The notes under the pieces were generated by a model that saw nothing but the letters and a program-made list of their open reading frames with translations, searched no databases and was not told where the DNA came from. A stretch of 64,000 bases of DNA from an uncultured Bacteroidales bacterium. GTDB taxonomy: Bacteria > Bacteroidota > Bacteroidia > Bacteroidales > ML635J-15. Numbering within the stretch: the first letter of the stretch is position 1; each line of letters opens with the position of its first letter. The stretch lies in assembly GCA_964448235.1 (NCBI GenBank), contig CAYUWD010000004.1:4878-68877 (forward strand), written 5' to 3'. Positions 37,739 through 48,264 of this stretch are shown here, piece after piece. A program made the translations under genes and the position numbers.

Positions 37739-39076
37739 TTAGAAAAAGGATGCAATCTTATGAATTGCTCCGGGTAAAGCAAAAATAACAACTTTATCAT
37801 TTGGTTTAATTTGTGTATCTCCCATAGCAATAAAACTTTTAGCCCCTCGTACTATACCGGCAATAATAACACCCTCAGGAAGATTCACATCTCGCAATTT
37901 ATTTTTTGAGATTAAAGCATCACGAGAAGTAATAAACTCAAGCACCTCTGCATCTGTTCCAGTAAGGCATTTAATCGAAGACACTTCTGCTTTCATGGTA
38001 AATGTATATATAGTACTTGCAGCACTTAATTTCTTATTAATAATTGTATCAATCCCCATTTTAGATGCAATATCTATGTAATCCAAATTCTCAACTTCAG
38101 CAATTGTTTTCTTTACTCCGTAACGTTTTGCTAACAAACAAGTCAAAATATTTGTTTCTGCATCACCAGTAACAGCAACAAATGCATCTGTTTTTGTAAG
38201 TCCTTCTTCAAGTAAAACATCAATATTTCTGCCATCACCATTAATTATCATAGATTTAGGAAGCATATCTACAAGTTTAAAACTTTTATCAGGATTATGT
38301 TCAATCATTTTAACATTCAAATGATTTTCAAGAAATTTTGCAGATTTAATACCAATCCTACTTCCTCCTAAAAACATAACATTGTCAAGCTCTAATTTTT
38401 CTTTCCCGGCAGTTTTAAGAAGACTTGATATTCCATTTGGATTGGTTATAATATATACGAAATCTCCTTCTAGTAATTTATCATCTCCTTTAGGAATAAT
38501 CGTTTTACCATTTCGGGTAATTGCTACAGCTCTATAATTTTTATTTTTAGCAAGAACCGCTGCTTCGCGTAATGTTTTATTTATTATTGGGGATTTATCG
38601 TCAAGTTTTAATACGAATAATGTAAGTTTCCCACCAGAAAACTCAAATATTTCTGTTGTTCCTGTTTGTTTAATAACGCCTACAACTTCTTTTGCCGCAA
38701 TATATTCAGGATATATCAACCTATCAACCCCTAAATTAATAAAAGTAAGTTTATTTATTGGGCTTAAATACTCCATATTATCAACTCTAGCTACAGTTTT
38801 TTTTGCGCCCAGTTTCTTGGCAAACACACATGATAAGATATTTGTGTCTTCAGAATTTGTTACAGCAATATATAAATCACAAAATTGAGTATTTGCTTCC
38901 TTCAAAGTTTTAAAAGACGTACATAAACCTTCAACACACAAAACATCATAAGTATTATCCACCTCCTTTAAGATATCACTTCTTGTATCAATAATTACAA
39001 TATCGTGATTTTCCTTAGTTAACATTTTAGCTAAATAAGACCCTACCTCTCCTGCACCAGAAATAACAATTTTCAT
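37739..39076 (-). CDS. trkA: Trk potassium uptake system protein TrkA
   Basis: Two RCK/NAD-binding repeats (MKIVISGAGEVGSYLA and VMFLGGSRIGIKSA), 445 aa. Confidence 0.85.
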   Translation of the reverse strand: MKIVISGAGEVGSYLAKMLTKENHDIVIIDTRSDILKEVDNTYDVLCVEGLCTSFKTLKEANTQFCDLYIAVTNSEDTNILSCVFAKKLGAKKTVARVDNMEYLSPINKLTFINLGVDRLIYPEYIAAKEVVGVIKQTGTTEIFEFSGGKLTLFVLKLDDKSPIINKTLREAAVLAKNKNYRAVAITRNGKTIIPKGDDKLLEGDFVYIITNPNGISSLLKTAGKEKLELDNVMFLGGSRIGIKSAKFLENHLNVKMIEHNPDKSFKLVDMLPKSMIINGDGRNIDVLLEEGLTKTDAFVAVTGDAETNILTCLLAKRYGVKKTIAEVENLDYIDIASKMGIDTIINKKLSAASTIYTFTMKAEVSSIKCLTGTDAEVLEFITSRDALISKNKLRDVNLPEGVIIAGIVRGAKSFIAMGDTQIKPNDKVVIFALPGAIHKIASFF

Positions 39077-39954
39077 AATAAATTCTCTTTAAATATTTCT
39101 TTAATTTGATTAGCGTATTTTAACTCAAACCCATTGAGATTTTTATGTTTCAATGCAAGAATTCTAATATCAAAAAAGAAGGATAAGTAGTTTAAATATG
39201 TCATATTTTCAAAATCCTGCAATTTCTTTTTTATTTTTCTTTCTTCTAAATAATTTTCTACAATTTGATGATTAATAAACTCTCCTTTATCAAAAGGGTT
39301 TATATAAAATACGGCACCATTATTTTTTTCTTCAAAAACCACATCAGCCAATTCAGGATCGACATAGCTTAGAATAAACAATCCAGGTAATGCAACGGGA
39401 TATAATGGTAATTCTATTTCTTGAGCGATTATACAATATAATAAGCTTATATTCGGAGCGACATACTTTTTTTCAGCAATACAATTAAAAAAACTAAGAT
39501 ACTCTGGTTTAAAACTAGATACGGGATATTTTCTAAACTTTAGTTGTTCAAATAGTGTTTTTCCAATTAACTTAACTTTTTCAATACCAGTAAGCTGATC
39601 ATTTAATTCAATCCAAATACTTTGTATGATTTTAGTTGTTTCCTTTTTTAAATAATTTACATCTATTTCCCTATTAAAATACTCTTCTAATAATAATACT
39701 CCCTCAAGTAAATTTGGTTTATTAGAATTGATATATTTTTTAAGTTGTTTTTTAAAATAAAGAAGGAAAATCTCTTCAATTAAGAGTTCTGATCTTTCTA
39801 TAGCTAGTTCATTTACAGATAGTGCATGAAAATTATCTAGATATACTTTAAACATTTCTGCATCTGCAAGAATTTTAGTTTTAATCAACTCAAAAACTTT
39901 TTCGTCAGGATCTTCCAACAGTTTCAATAATGATATTATTTCATTTTTATTCAT
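39073..39954 (-). CDS. Hypothetical protein, translationally coupled between the RelA/SpoT gene and trkA
   Basis: Open frame of 293 aa with overlaps at both ends. No motif that I can name. Confidence 0.5.
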   Translation of the reverse strand: MNKNEIISLLKLLEDPDEKVFELIKTKILADAEMFKVYLDNFHALSVNELAIERSELLIEEIFLLYFKKQLKKYINSNKPNLLEGVLLLEEYFNREIDVNYLKKETTKIIQSIWIELNDQLTGIEKVKLIGKTLFEQLKFRKYPVSSFKPEYLSFFNCIAEKKYVAPNISLLYCIIAQEIELPLYPVALPGLFILSYVDPELADVVFEEKNNGAVFYINPFDKGEFINHQIVENYLEERKIKKKLQDFENMTYLNYLSFFFDIRILALKHKNLNGFELKYANQIKEIFKENLL

Positions 39955-42157
39955 TTTCTAAATCTTCTAATCTAGTCACTTTACTAACACCCTTAATACG
40001 AATAATTCTACTAATTAAATCCTCCAAATCCTGTGCATTATGTACAAAAAGCTTAATCTCACCATGAAACACGCCATCATTTGTTTCTATTTTTATTGAT
40101 TTTATATTTACATCTGCTTCTTGAGATATTACTTTTGTAATGTTATAAACAATACCTAATTTGTCGACACCTTCGATTTTAATTTTAACCAGAAATGATA
40201 ATAATTTATAACTCGACCACTTTACAGCAATTATTTTATCTCCATGTTTTGCTGCAAGATTATTTAATACGGAACAAGTTTTTTTATGTATAATGACTGA
40301 ATTATTAGGATTTAAATAACCTGCCACTTCATCACCAGGAATAGGATTACAACAAGATGCCAATGTAAATCTTTGACTGTTTATATCATCAACTACGTAG
40401 GTATTCTTATCTTTTGAGAGTTGTTTATTTTTAGGTTTACTTCTGGTTAGTCTCCAATATTTTACAAATATATTAGTTGGATTTTTCAATAATTGTTTTT
40501 CAATATCATCCATTTGGATTGTTCCTGAACCTATTTTTCTGTAAAATTCTTCTTTATTAGGAACATTATAATTTTGTCGAAGTTCTTTAAATATTTTGTG
40601 ACTAAGATTTAATTTTAATTGTCTTACTTTAGTAATAAAAATTTCTTGACCTTTTTCAATATTATGTAATCTTTCCTCTTTAAGAGAACTCTTAATCCTT
40701 GATTTAGCTTTAGTAGAAATAGCAAATCCCAGCCATTCTCTCTTAGGTGCTTGTTTTGAGGATGTAAGTATTTCTACCTGATCGCCACTATGTAAGACAT
40801 GAGATAATGGTTGTAGTTTATGATTTACTTTAGCGGCAATTGCTTTATTGCCAATTTCTGTATGAATTTCATATGCTAAATCAATAACAGTAGAAGCTTT
40901 TGGCAATTTTTTTATTTCTCCCTTTGGAGTAAAGACATAAATTTCTGTTGTAAAAATATTTAATTTAAAGTCATCTAAAAAAGACAATGAATCAACCTGA
41001 TTATTTGTTAAAGAATTTTTTAAAGTTTCAATCAAAGCATCTAAGCTACCAGAAGCTCCATTTTCATTAGTTTTGTACTTCCAATGTGATGCTAATCCTT
41101 TCTCTGCAATATCGTCCATCTTTCGACTTCTGATTTGAACTTCGACCCAAAGTCCTCTTGGCCCCATTACCGTAACATGTAGAGCTTCATATCCATTGGC
41201 TTTGGGATTTTTAACCCAATCTCTAATACGTTGTTCATGATGTGGATATATATCAGTAATTATAGACATAATATGGTAACATTGAGACCTTGCTTTTTGA
41301 TCAGGATAATCATCTTCGTGGTCAAAAACTATTCGTATTGCAAACAAGTCATAAATTTCCTCAAAAGTAACTCCTTTAGTTTGCATTTTATTCCAGATAG
41401 AATAAATAGATTTCAATCGACCCTTTATTGTAAATTTTATTTTCTCTCTATCTAAAACAAGTTTTAACGGGTCAATAATCTCTTGAATATACTTAGTTCT
41501 TTCTTCCTCTGTTTCTTTGAATTTACGTTCAATTTCACGATAAATAAGTGGATGTTCATATTTTAAAGCAAGATCTTCTAACTCAGTTTTTATTGAATAT
41601 AAACCTAATCTATGAGCCAGCGGAGCGTATAAATATACTGTTTCACTACATATTTTCACCTGCTTATATTCGGGCATTGAATCTAAAGTCCTCATATTAT
41701 GCAGTCTATCAGCAAGTTTAATAAATATAACACGAACATCCTGAGACATTGTCATCAGCATTTTACGGAAATTCTCTACTTGCAAAGAAGTATCCTTATC
41801 TAAAACATTTGAAATTTTTGTTAACCCGTCAATCATTCCGGCTATTGATACGCCAAAAAGTCGTTCTATGTCTAATAAAGTAAAATCAGTATCTTCTACA
41901 ACATCATGTAATAATGCACTAGCAATTGATTTTGGGCCAAGGCCAATTTCTTGAGCAACAATAAAAGCAACAGCAATAGGATGAGAAAAATATGGTTCCC
42001 CAGATCTTCGCCTCATTTTTGAATGAGCATCATTTGCAAGATCAAATGCTTTTCGCACTAATTGAATATCTTCTTTTGATTTAATTCTTTTACTCGCCTT
42101 AACTAACTTGTCAAACTGATCTTCAATCCATATTTTTTCATCTTTGGTAAGGCTCAT
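39947..42157 (-). CDS. spoT: Bifunctional (p)ppGpp synthetase/hydrolase (RelA/SpoT homologue)
   Basis: HD hydrolase domain (RRSGEPYFSHPIAVA...HDVVEDT), a synthetase domain, TGS and a C-terminal ACT-like domain, 736 aa. Confidence 0.9.
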   Translation of the reverse strand: MSLTKDEKIWIEDQFDKLVKASKRIKSKEDIQLVRKAFDLANDAHSKMRRRSGEPYFSHPIAVAFIVAQEIGLGPKSIASALLHDVVEDTDFTLLDIERLFGVSIAGMIDGLTKISNVLDKDTSLQVENFRKMLMTMSQDVRVIFIKLADRLHNMRTLDSMPEYKQVKICSETVYLYAPLAHRLGLYSIKTELEDLALKYEHPLIYREIERKFKETEEERTKYIQEIIDPLKLVLDREKIKFTIKGRLKSIYSIWNKMQTKGVTFEEIYDLFAIRIVFDHEDDYPDQKARSQCYHIMSIITDIYPHHEQRIRDWVKNPKANGYEALHVTVMGPRGLWVEVQIRSRKMDDIAEKGLASHWKYKTNENGASGSLDALIETLKNSLTNNQVDSLSFLDDFKLNIFTTEIYVFTPKGEIKKLPKASTVIDLAYEIHTEIGNKAIAAKVNHKLQPLSHVLHSGDQVEILTSSKQAPKREWLGFAISTKAKSRIKSSLKEERLHNIEKGQEIFITKVRQLKLNLSHKIFKELRQNYNVPNKEEFYRKIGSGTIQMDDIEKQLLKNPTNIFVKYWRLTRSKPKNKQLSKDKNTYVVDDINSQRFTLASCCNPIPGDEVAGYLNPNNSVIIHKKTCSVLNNLAAKHGDKIIAVKWSSYKLLSFLVKIKIEGVDKLGIVYNITKVISQEADVNIKSIKIETNDGVFHGEIKLFVHNAQDLEDLISRIIRIKGVSKVTRLEDLENE

Positions 42158-42339
42158 ATATAACTAAATTCCTTTAAAAGTCCGTTTTTTACAATTTACA
42201 TTAACATACAAACTTACATAAAGTTTTTTATTAATACAATATAGTTTATCAATGAGAGTTTAATGAATTTACCAACTAAAATCGTTCAAATAAAACACTC
42301 AGATACAAGTGATTATTATAAAAAACATTTCTTTCAGAA

Positions 42340-43860
42340 TTAATCTATAAACAAAAAGAAGGTTCCTGTTTTTTGATGTTCTTTTCCAGTATGGTCATAA
42401 TATCTTAAGAAATATGTATAAAACTGTGATGGAGCTAAATTAATATGGTTAATTGTCCCATTCCAACCTTCATAAGTTTCTGTTGTTCTAAAAAACTCTT
42501 CCCCAAATCTATTATATATAACAAACTCATAAGGTTCTTTTTCGACAAATGACAAAACAGGCTTAAATTCTCTATTTTCGGTTTCAAATGAAGTTGCATT
42601 AAATGCATTTGGCATCCAAACTACAGGATAATGATTCACACATTTCATATTCGAACGACTAACACCCATATTATCGGCATACTCAGGGCTTTCGCTTTCA
42701 ATTGCTTCTACATAGTAGCAAAATTCGTTTGTCATATGAATTTTTCTATCATGACAATAGTCTACATACCACTCTATATTATAAACACTTGCCGTATTAC
42801 CTGGTGTGTTTACAGCAATTTCCGAAGCAGTACCATTAAAAAATCGATAAACTTTATAATTACTAACACCATTGGGCCAAGCATAATAATCTGTCCAACT
42901 CACATTATGTTGAAACTCATTATCATTAGTTACAGTTATTAAAATATTCGAACATATATTAGAATATGAATCAATAATACCACAAGGATTTACAGAAGCT
43001 AACCTATAATAATACCTGTTTTCATCTACATTAACATCATAATCAGTATGCATAATATTATTCTGGCCTGAATTAGGATATGATTGAATAGTAGAAAAAT
43101 TACCATCAGGTGAATTTGCTCTTTGAATTCTATACTCAATAGCTTCAGATGAATTATCCACTAAAAAATTAACAACAATATTTTCTCCATTAACAGTTGC
43201 ATATTGTGCATGCATATAAGACGGGAAACTATATGCACCTGTTAGAATTTCGACAGAATTTGTTGTTGCTTTATTTCCGGAATTACTTGTTGCTTCAACA
43301 TAATAATAATACTTTTCATTGAAATCAATATCATTATCCTCATAAGACAGTTCAGTTGAAGACAAACTAGAGAGTATTGTATAATTAGAAGTTTCAGTTC
43401 TACGATAAATTTTAAAAGAATTTAATCCATTATCCCATCCACTATAATTTGTCCATTCAAGTTTAACAGTAGTATTACACTTATCATACTCTAAAGATAA
43501 AAACATTGTTGTATGAGGATCTGTGATACTTGATTTATAAAACAAATCATCAAAAGCAGCGAGACGAAATTGTTCAGGTTTTGTAATAATTGAAGACATA
43601 TTATACTCATAGGTTGTTGATAATCTTCCCCAAACAGTATCAATAGTTTCTGTAACTCCTGAAATGACTTGATAAACAATATATCCTTGCACATCTAAAG
43701 AATCACTAGGACTCCAGTTTAATATAACAGATGTAGGATTCGATTCTGGAATAATACTTGCAGAAATAAACACTGGTGAATCAGGATGATCTATTTGAGA
43801 AAAAACCTGACTTGAAAACAAAAATGCTATTCCCAAAAATATGTATCTTAATTTACTCAT
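42340..43860 (-). CDS. FN3-repeat surface protein with a T9SS type-B-like C-terminal domain
   Basis: The start was moved to MSKLRYIFLGIAFLFSSQVFSQ (ATG at 43860). Repeated W..Y.GW.NG..S.KVYR modules. C-terminus VWMPNAFNA...FKP...YEFVIYNRFGEEFF...GWNG. Confidence 0.65.
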   Translation of the reverse strand: MSKLRYIFLGIAFLFSSQVFSQIDHPDSPVFISASIIPESNPTSVILNWSPSDSLDVQGYIVYQVISGVTETIDTVWGRLSTTYEYNMSSIITKPEQFRLAAFDDLFYKSSITDPHTTMFLSLEYDKCNTTVKLEWTNYSGWDNGLNSFKIYRRTETSNYTILSSLSSTELSYEDNDIDFNEKYYYYVEATSNSGNKATTNSVEILTGAYSFPSYMHAQYATVNGENIVVNFLVDNSSEAIEYRIQRANSPDGNFSTIQSYPNSGQNNIMHTDYDVNVDENRYYYRLASVNPCGIIDSYSNICSNILITVTNDNEFQHNVSWTDYYAWPNGVSNYKVYRFFNGTASEIAVNTPGNTASVYNIEWYVDYCHDRKIHMTNEFCYYVEAIESESPEYADNMGVSRSNMKCVNHYPVVWMPNAFNATSFETENREFKPVLSFVEKEPYEFVIYNRFGEEFFRTTETYEGWNGTINHINLAPSQFYTYFLRYYDHTGKEHQKTGTFFLFID

Positions 43861-43909
43861 AATATACCCTTCATAATATAAACGCATACGACACTATAAA
43901 AGTGGCTTA

Positions 43910-44527
43910 TTAATCAATATTTTTTACAAAAAATAATTGATTATCAATATATGTTTTTTCAAAATCCATTTTTTTTAGAAATTTACTATGTCCCTTATGA
44001 AAAGATTTTGCAACAATTTTTTTAATTCCCATCTTTTTAAAATGTCCTGGATTTTGTCTAAAAATATAATTACCTATTTCTTTATCACGGTATATTGGTT
44101 TAGTATAGTCAACTTCTATTGTTAAAATATCTTCAGTAATACTACCTATTAAGATGCCTGCTAAATTCATATCTCTCATAACTAAAAAACATTTATGTGA
44201 TTTATGGGGCTCATAAAATGGAAAAAAATTATAAATATCTTTTTTATAGTTTTTAATAAATTCAACAATATAATTATTATCATGTTCTACTTCTACAAGT
44301 TGTATCGAGACTTTGCTTTTATATATTTCTCTTAATTTAATAATAAAATAAACTAAAACAATTATCATCAATATAGCAAATGGATAAATTGGTTTTAATA
44401 AACTATATATTAGCAATAAAATAATTGCCAACAAGATTATCAACCTTCTTTGAATTCTACCATAAGCAAAGAAACCCAACAAACCTGCTGCAACTCCAAC
44501 AAATCCTATGACATCAATTTGTTCCAT
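43910..44527 (-). CDS. Membrane protein (three N-terminal TM helices) with a soluble C-terminal domain of unknown function
   Basis: Hydrophobic N-terminus VIGFVGVAAGLLGFFAY...LIILLAIILLLIY...AILMIIVLVYFII. The C-terminal domain could be GNAT-like, but I cannot verify that. Confidence 0.4.
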   Translation of the reverse strand: MEQIDVIGFVGVAAGLLGFFAYGRIQRRLIILLAIILLLIYSLLKPIYPFAILMIIVLVYFIIKLREIYKSKVSIQLVEVEHDNNYIVEFIKNYKKDIYNFFPFYEPHKSHKCFLVMRDMNLAGILIGSITEDILTIEVDYTKPIYRDKEIGNYIFRQNPGHFKKMGIKKIVAKSFHKGHSKFLKKMDFEKTYIDNQLFFVKNID

Positions 44528-44633
44528 AAAAATAGCATCCCAAAAGTATCACTATATTTTGCAATAACAAAGTAAATATACAAAATTCGTACAAGAATAA
44601 TACTTAAGAGATGCTACTTTCTATATTAATGCA

Positions 44634-47600
44634 TTAAAGTTTTATTATTTTAGATATATAGACTTTTTCATCATTATATAATCTGATAAAGATATTACCT
44701 TTACTACAAGTAGAAATATCTATTTTTTCAAAACTATTATTTAGTTCACCATTAAATAAAACTCTGCCTGTAAGATCGATAATTTCATATTTAGCTCCTT
44801 GACAATTCAGCACATTAACAAAATCACATACTGGATTAGGAAATATCTCAACCTGACCAAAACCAAAATCAACAATATTATTGGCATCCACTTTAATTTT
44901 AAAATCTTGGGTATCCTCAAACATTCCATCACTAACGACTAAAACGACATGAAATCCCAAAAAGCTAGTGGTTGTTGGAGTCCCTGTTAATTGAGCAGTA
45001 CCATCACCATTGTCAACAAAATTAGCCCAACTAGGCAATGTGTTAGCATCAATTGTTAATACGTCATCCTGTTCATCATCAGTTGTTATATCATAAGTAT
45101 AAAGAGTATTCTGCAAATGAGTCAAAGATGGTGTAGATGTAAACTCTGGTGGAGTATTGGAGGTATTTACTGTAATTGTAAATGGTTGACTTGCGTCAAA
45201 TGTTCCATTAGTTACGCTCAATTCTACACTAAAATCTTCAGACACACCAACAATTGTTGGAGCTGTTCCCGTCAAAATAGCAGTACCATCACCATTATCA
45301 GTTAAAGAAAGCCATTCTGGAATAGTTGTAGCAGTAATTATTAATGCTAATTCATTTGGATCAACCGTAACAACATTATAAGTATATGTTTCTGTTTCAA
45401 TTACCTGCAATTCTGGAGAAGATGTAAAATATGGTTCATCTGTAGGAGCCAAACCAACCCATTTATAAATACCTCCGGTATTTTCATCCCAGTTAAATCC
45501 ACCAGCCCATCCACATTGGTCGTTAAGCATTTTAACATTTGTATATTGAACAGAATCGTCTAATTCTGTCCAAGTTGTTCCATAATCAAGAGTATAAGTA
45601 GAGAAATTATCTGCCTCCGTAGCTGATATTTTTATTCCAACATACATACCAGGTGTACCTGGCACAGCAGACACATCAGACAAGAATTGATCGTCAACTG
45701 CAATCGTAGACCAAGTTTCTCCGCCATCATCTGTTTTTATCATAGACCAACTTTCGATTGTTCCGGTTGTTTGATTTGTTACCTGACAAATTGCAACACC
45801 ATTATCAGCATCAGCAAAAGATAATGAACTAATATTATCTTCTCCTGTAGCATATACAGTCCAAGTTGCTCCTTTATCAGTTGTTTTATATACTCTACCT
45901 GTATTGGTCCCAAACCAAGCCACATCACCAACAGCGTCAGCAACACCGGTCCATCCCATTTCACCGGATTCTGGATCTGGTAGGTTCGCACCATCAACCA
46001 AAGTCCATGTTGTTCCTCCATCTGCAGTAGTATATATTTCAAACTCACCGTTTATTGGATCCCCCTGACAATATCCTTCATTTTCGTTAACCATATGTAT
46101 AACATTTGTAAAACTAGCAGCATCCGCAAAAGCAGCTGTAGTTTGTTGAGTCCAGATTGCACCAGCATCCTCTGTTTTATAAATTCCACCACCACCATTA
46201 ACATCATAAACAGCAACCCAAGCAGTTGTACCATTAATTGCGCTTAAGTCTCCGGGAGCATAATTTTCTGCAATATCAATAGTATCAGGAGTCCAAGTTT
46301 CACCAGCGTCTGAAGTAACAGCAAAATCACGAGTGATACTTCCACCGCCACCACCGTCATATGTTAACACCCATGCTGTGTTCTCATCAACAATCTCGGT
46401 AAGAAATACCCCCCTGTACGGGCTATTAAAGTGAGTATTTTGTTCAATCCAGGCACTTTCTGCAACACTTCCACTTTGTCCTACAATAATATAATAGGTT
46501 TTAATTTCTGTATCTGTATTTGTTCCATCACCAGCTATTAAAGAAACTTGATAAATTCCTTCTGTATCATATAGTATTGCAGATGGATTTTGATCAGTAC
46601 TAGTTGCTGGGATACCTCCTTCAAATTCCCATGACCACTCGGTGGGTGATCCTGTTGTAAGGTCAGTAAAATCTACTGTTTCACCAACTGCAACAACAAC
46701 TTCACTTGCCATAAAGTCAGCAACAAGGGGAGCATTTGCAGCCGCAGCTGCAGTAACAGCCTCATATGCATTTATTCTACCTGCACCAATACTATCAACA
46801 AACTCAGGATTAAGAGCATCAACATTATCACAAGTAGCTTTTAAGATTGCTGTAAGTTCTTCAGGTGTAAGATCAGGATTTGCTGATAGCATCAAACCAC
46901 ACAAACCTGAGGTAACAGGACAAGCCATAGAGGTTCCCTGCATACTATCATATTTACCTTCAACACCAAAACCAGCAGCACCACCACCTGTACCATCTAG
47001 CATTCCTGTTATATCACCAGCTTCTGAAGCAGTTGTACTTAAAACAGAAAACATCATACTTCCCAAAAGTCCACCTTCAGCAGCAAAACCTCCTGGAGCA
47101 AGTACATCAATCCAAGTTCCATATTCTGAAAAGCTTGATTTAGTATCTCCTAAATCAACAGAACCAACTGCAATTACATGATCCAATGCTGCCGGATATC
47201 CAATATAATTAACAGGGATATCAGGATTTGCTTGAGTTTCAGCACCATCACCATTGTTACCAGCGGCACCAACTAAAACACAACCAAGATTATATGCATA
47301 GTTTACAATATTCTGCATTGTTTGGAAATACTGAGGAGAACCCCATGACATACTAATAACGTCAGCTCCGTTATCAGCTGCGTAAGTAATACCTTCGTAT
47401 CCAGCAGCCATTGCCTGACCATCACTAGCATCATCACCTAATTTAATAGCCATGATACTAATACCATTACCAATTGATGCAACACCAATTCCATTATTCG
47501 TTTCTGCACCAACAAGTCCTGCTGAGTGAGTTCCATGTGACCAAATATAAGTAGCTTCAGGTGGATTAGGATCATCGTCACCATTACCTAAGTCAACAGC

Positions 47601-48179
47601 ATGTACAACCTGATTTATTAAATCTGGGTGATCAACATAAATAGCATTATCAAGAACCGCAACAACAACACCTGCATCACCGGTGGTAACATCCCAAGCT
47701 TGAGAAGCATTTATTGCATTTAGGTGCCATGAACTATTTGCTGTTCCATATAAAAACCCACCATCTAAAGTCACATCATAATATGTATCATCAGGAGGAG
47801 TTAAAGAAATGAAAAACAACGGTGCAGGCTCTGCATATTCAATATCAGGATTATTATTAAGATCTTTTAATAATCCTGCAATATCTTGTATTTCTTCAAA
47901 ATCCATTTTAAAAGTACGCTGGAGAATATCGCTCTTTGCACTTTTAAATGGCATTACTAACTCAGAAATTTGATATTTTTCAACTAATCCATCCAGAAAA
48001 TAAACATCCTTAGGATTAATACTTCCTTCATCATCAGCAACATTAAGTACCGCATTATCCGAAAGTTTAAAATATACTCGCCCGTCAAGCCAGAGCGAAT
48101 TTACTGTCTGTGCATAAGAAATTGTTACTACTGAAACAACAAGAACTAATGCAAAAACAAATCTAGTAAATGTTCTCAT
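44634..48179 (-). CDS. Secreted S8 subtilisin-family peptidase fused to PKD, an Asp-box (BNR/sortilin-like) propeller, Ig-like repeats and a T9SS type-A CTD
   Basis: Catalytic triad contexts AVLDNAIYVDHPDL, SHGTHSAGL and GTSMACPVTSG. PKD-like VDFTDLTTGSPTEWSWEFEGG. Six S/T-x-D-x-G-x-T-W motifs. C-terminus IFPNPVCDFVNVLN...IFIRLYN...ISKIIKL. Confidence 0.85.
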   Translation of the reverse strand: MRTFTRFVFALVLVVSVVTISYAQTVNSLWLDGRVYFKLSDNAVLNVADDEGSINPKDVYFLDGLVEKYQISELVMPFKSAKSDILQRTFKMDFEEIQDIAGLLKDLNNNPDIEYAEPAPLFFISLTPPDDTYYDVTLDGGFLYGTANSSWHLNAINASQAWDVTTGDAGVVVAVLDNAIYVDHPDLINQVVHAVDLGNGDDDPNPPEATYIWSHGTHSAGLVGAETNNGIGVASIGNGISIMAIKLGDDASDGQAMAAGYEGITYAADNGADVISMSWGSPQYFQTMQNIVNYAYNLGCVLVGAAGNNGDGAETQANPDIPVNYIGYPAALDHVIAVGSVDLGDTKSSFSEYGTWIDVLAPGGFAAEGGLLGSMMFSVLSTTASEAGDITGMLDGTGGGAAGFGVEGKYDSMQGTSMACPVTSGLCGLMLSANPDLTPEELTAILKATCDNVDALNPEFVDSIGAGRINAYEAVTAAAAANAPLVADFMASEVVVAVGETVDFTDLTTGSPTEWSWEFEGGIPATSTDQNPSAILYDTEGIYQVSLIAGDGTNTDTEIKTYYIIVGQSGSVAESAWIEQNTHFNSPYRGVFLTEIVDENTAWVLTYDGGGGGSITRDFAVTSDAGETWTPDTIDIAENYAPGDLSAINGTTAWVAVYDVNGGGGIYKTEDAGAIWTQQTTAAFADAASFTNVIHMVNENEGYCQGDPINGEFEIYTTADGGTTWTLVDGANLPDPESGEMGWTGVADAVGDVAWFGTNTGRVYKTTDKGATWTVYATGEDNISSLSFADADNGVAICQVTNQTTGTIESWSMIKTDDGGETWSTIAVDDQFLSDVSAVPGTPGMYVGIKISATEADNFSTYTLDYGTTWTELDDSVQYTNVKMLNDQCGWAGGFNWDENTGGIYKWVGLAPTDEPYFTSSPELQVIETETYTYNVVTVDPNELALIITATTIPEWLSLTDNGDGTAILTGTAPTIVGVSEDFSVELSVTNGTFDASQPFTITVNTSNTPPEFTSTPSLTHLQNTLYTYDITTDDEQDDVLTIDANTLPSWANFVDNGDGTAQLTGTPTTTSFLGFHVVLVVSDGMFEDTQDFKIKVDANNIVDFGFGQVEIFPNPVCDFVNVLNCQGAKYEIIDLTGRVLFNGELNNSFEKIDISTCSKGNIFIRLYNDEKVYISKIIKL

Positions 48180-48264
48180 AATTAAATTTTGTTTAATTGG
48201 TTAATAATTTTTTTCCTCAAAAGTCAAAAATAATAAAATTATTTTGAATATTAAATGCTATTTT

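Noticed and set aside
46642-47181. 179-aa plus-strand ORF, and similar antisense ORFs inside large genes (for example 4534-4968, 19973-20398, 23342-23587)
   Set aside because: They are antisense to genes with strong motif support and have low-complexity or biased composition. This is typical of shadow ORFs.
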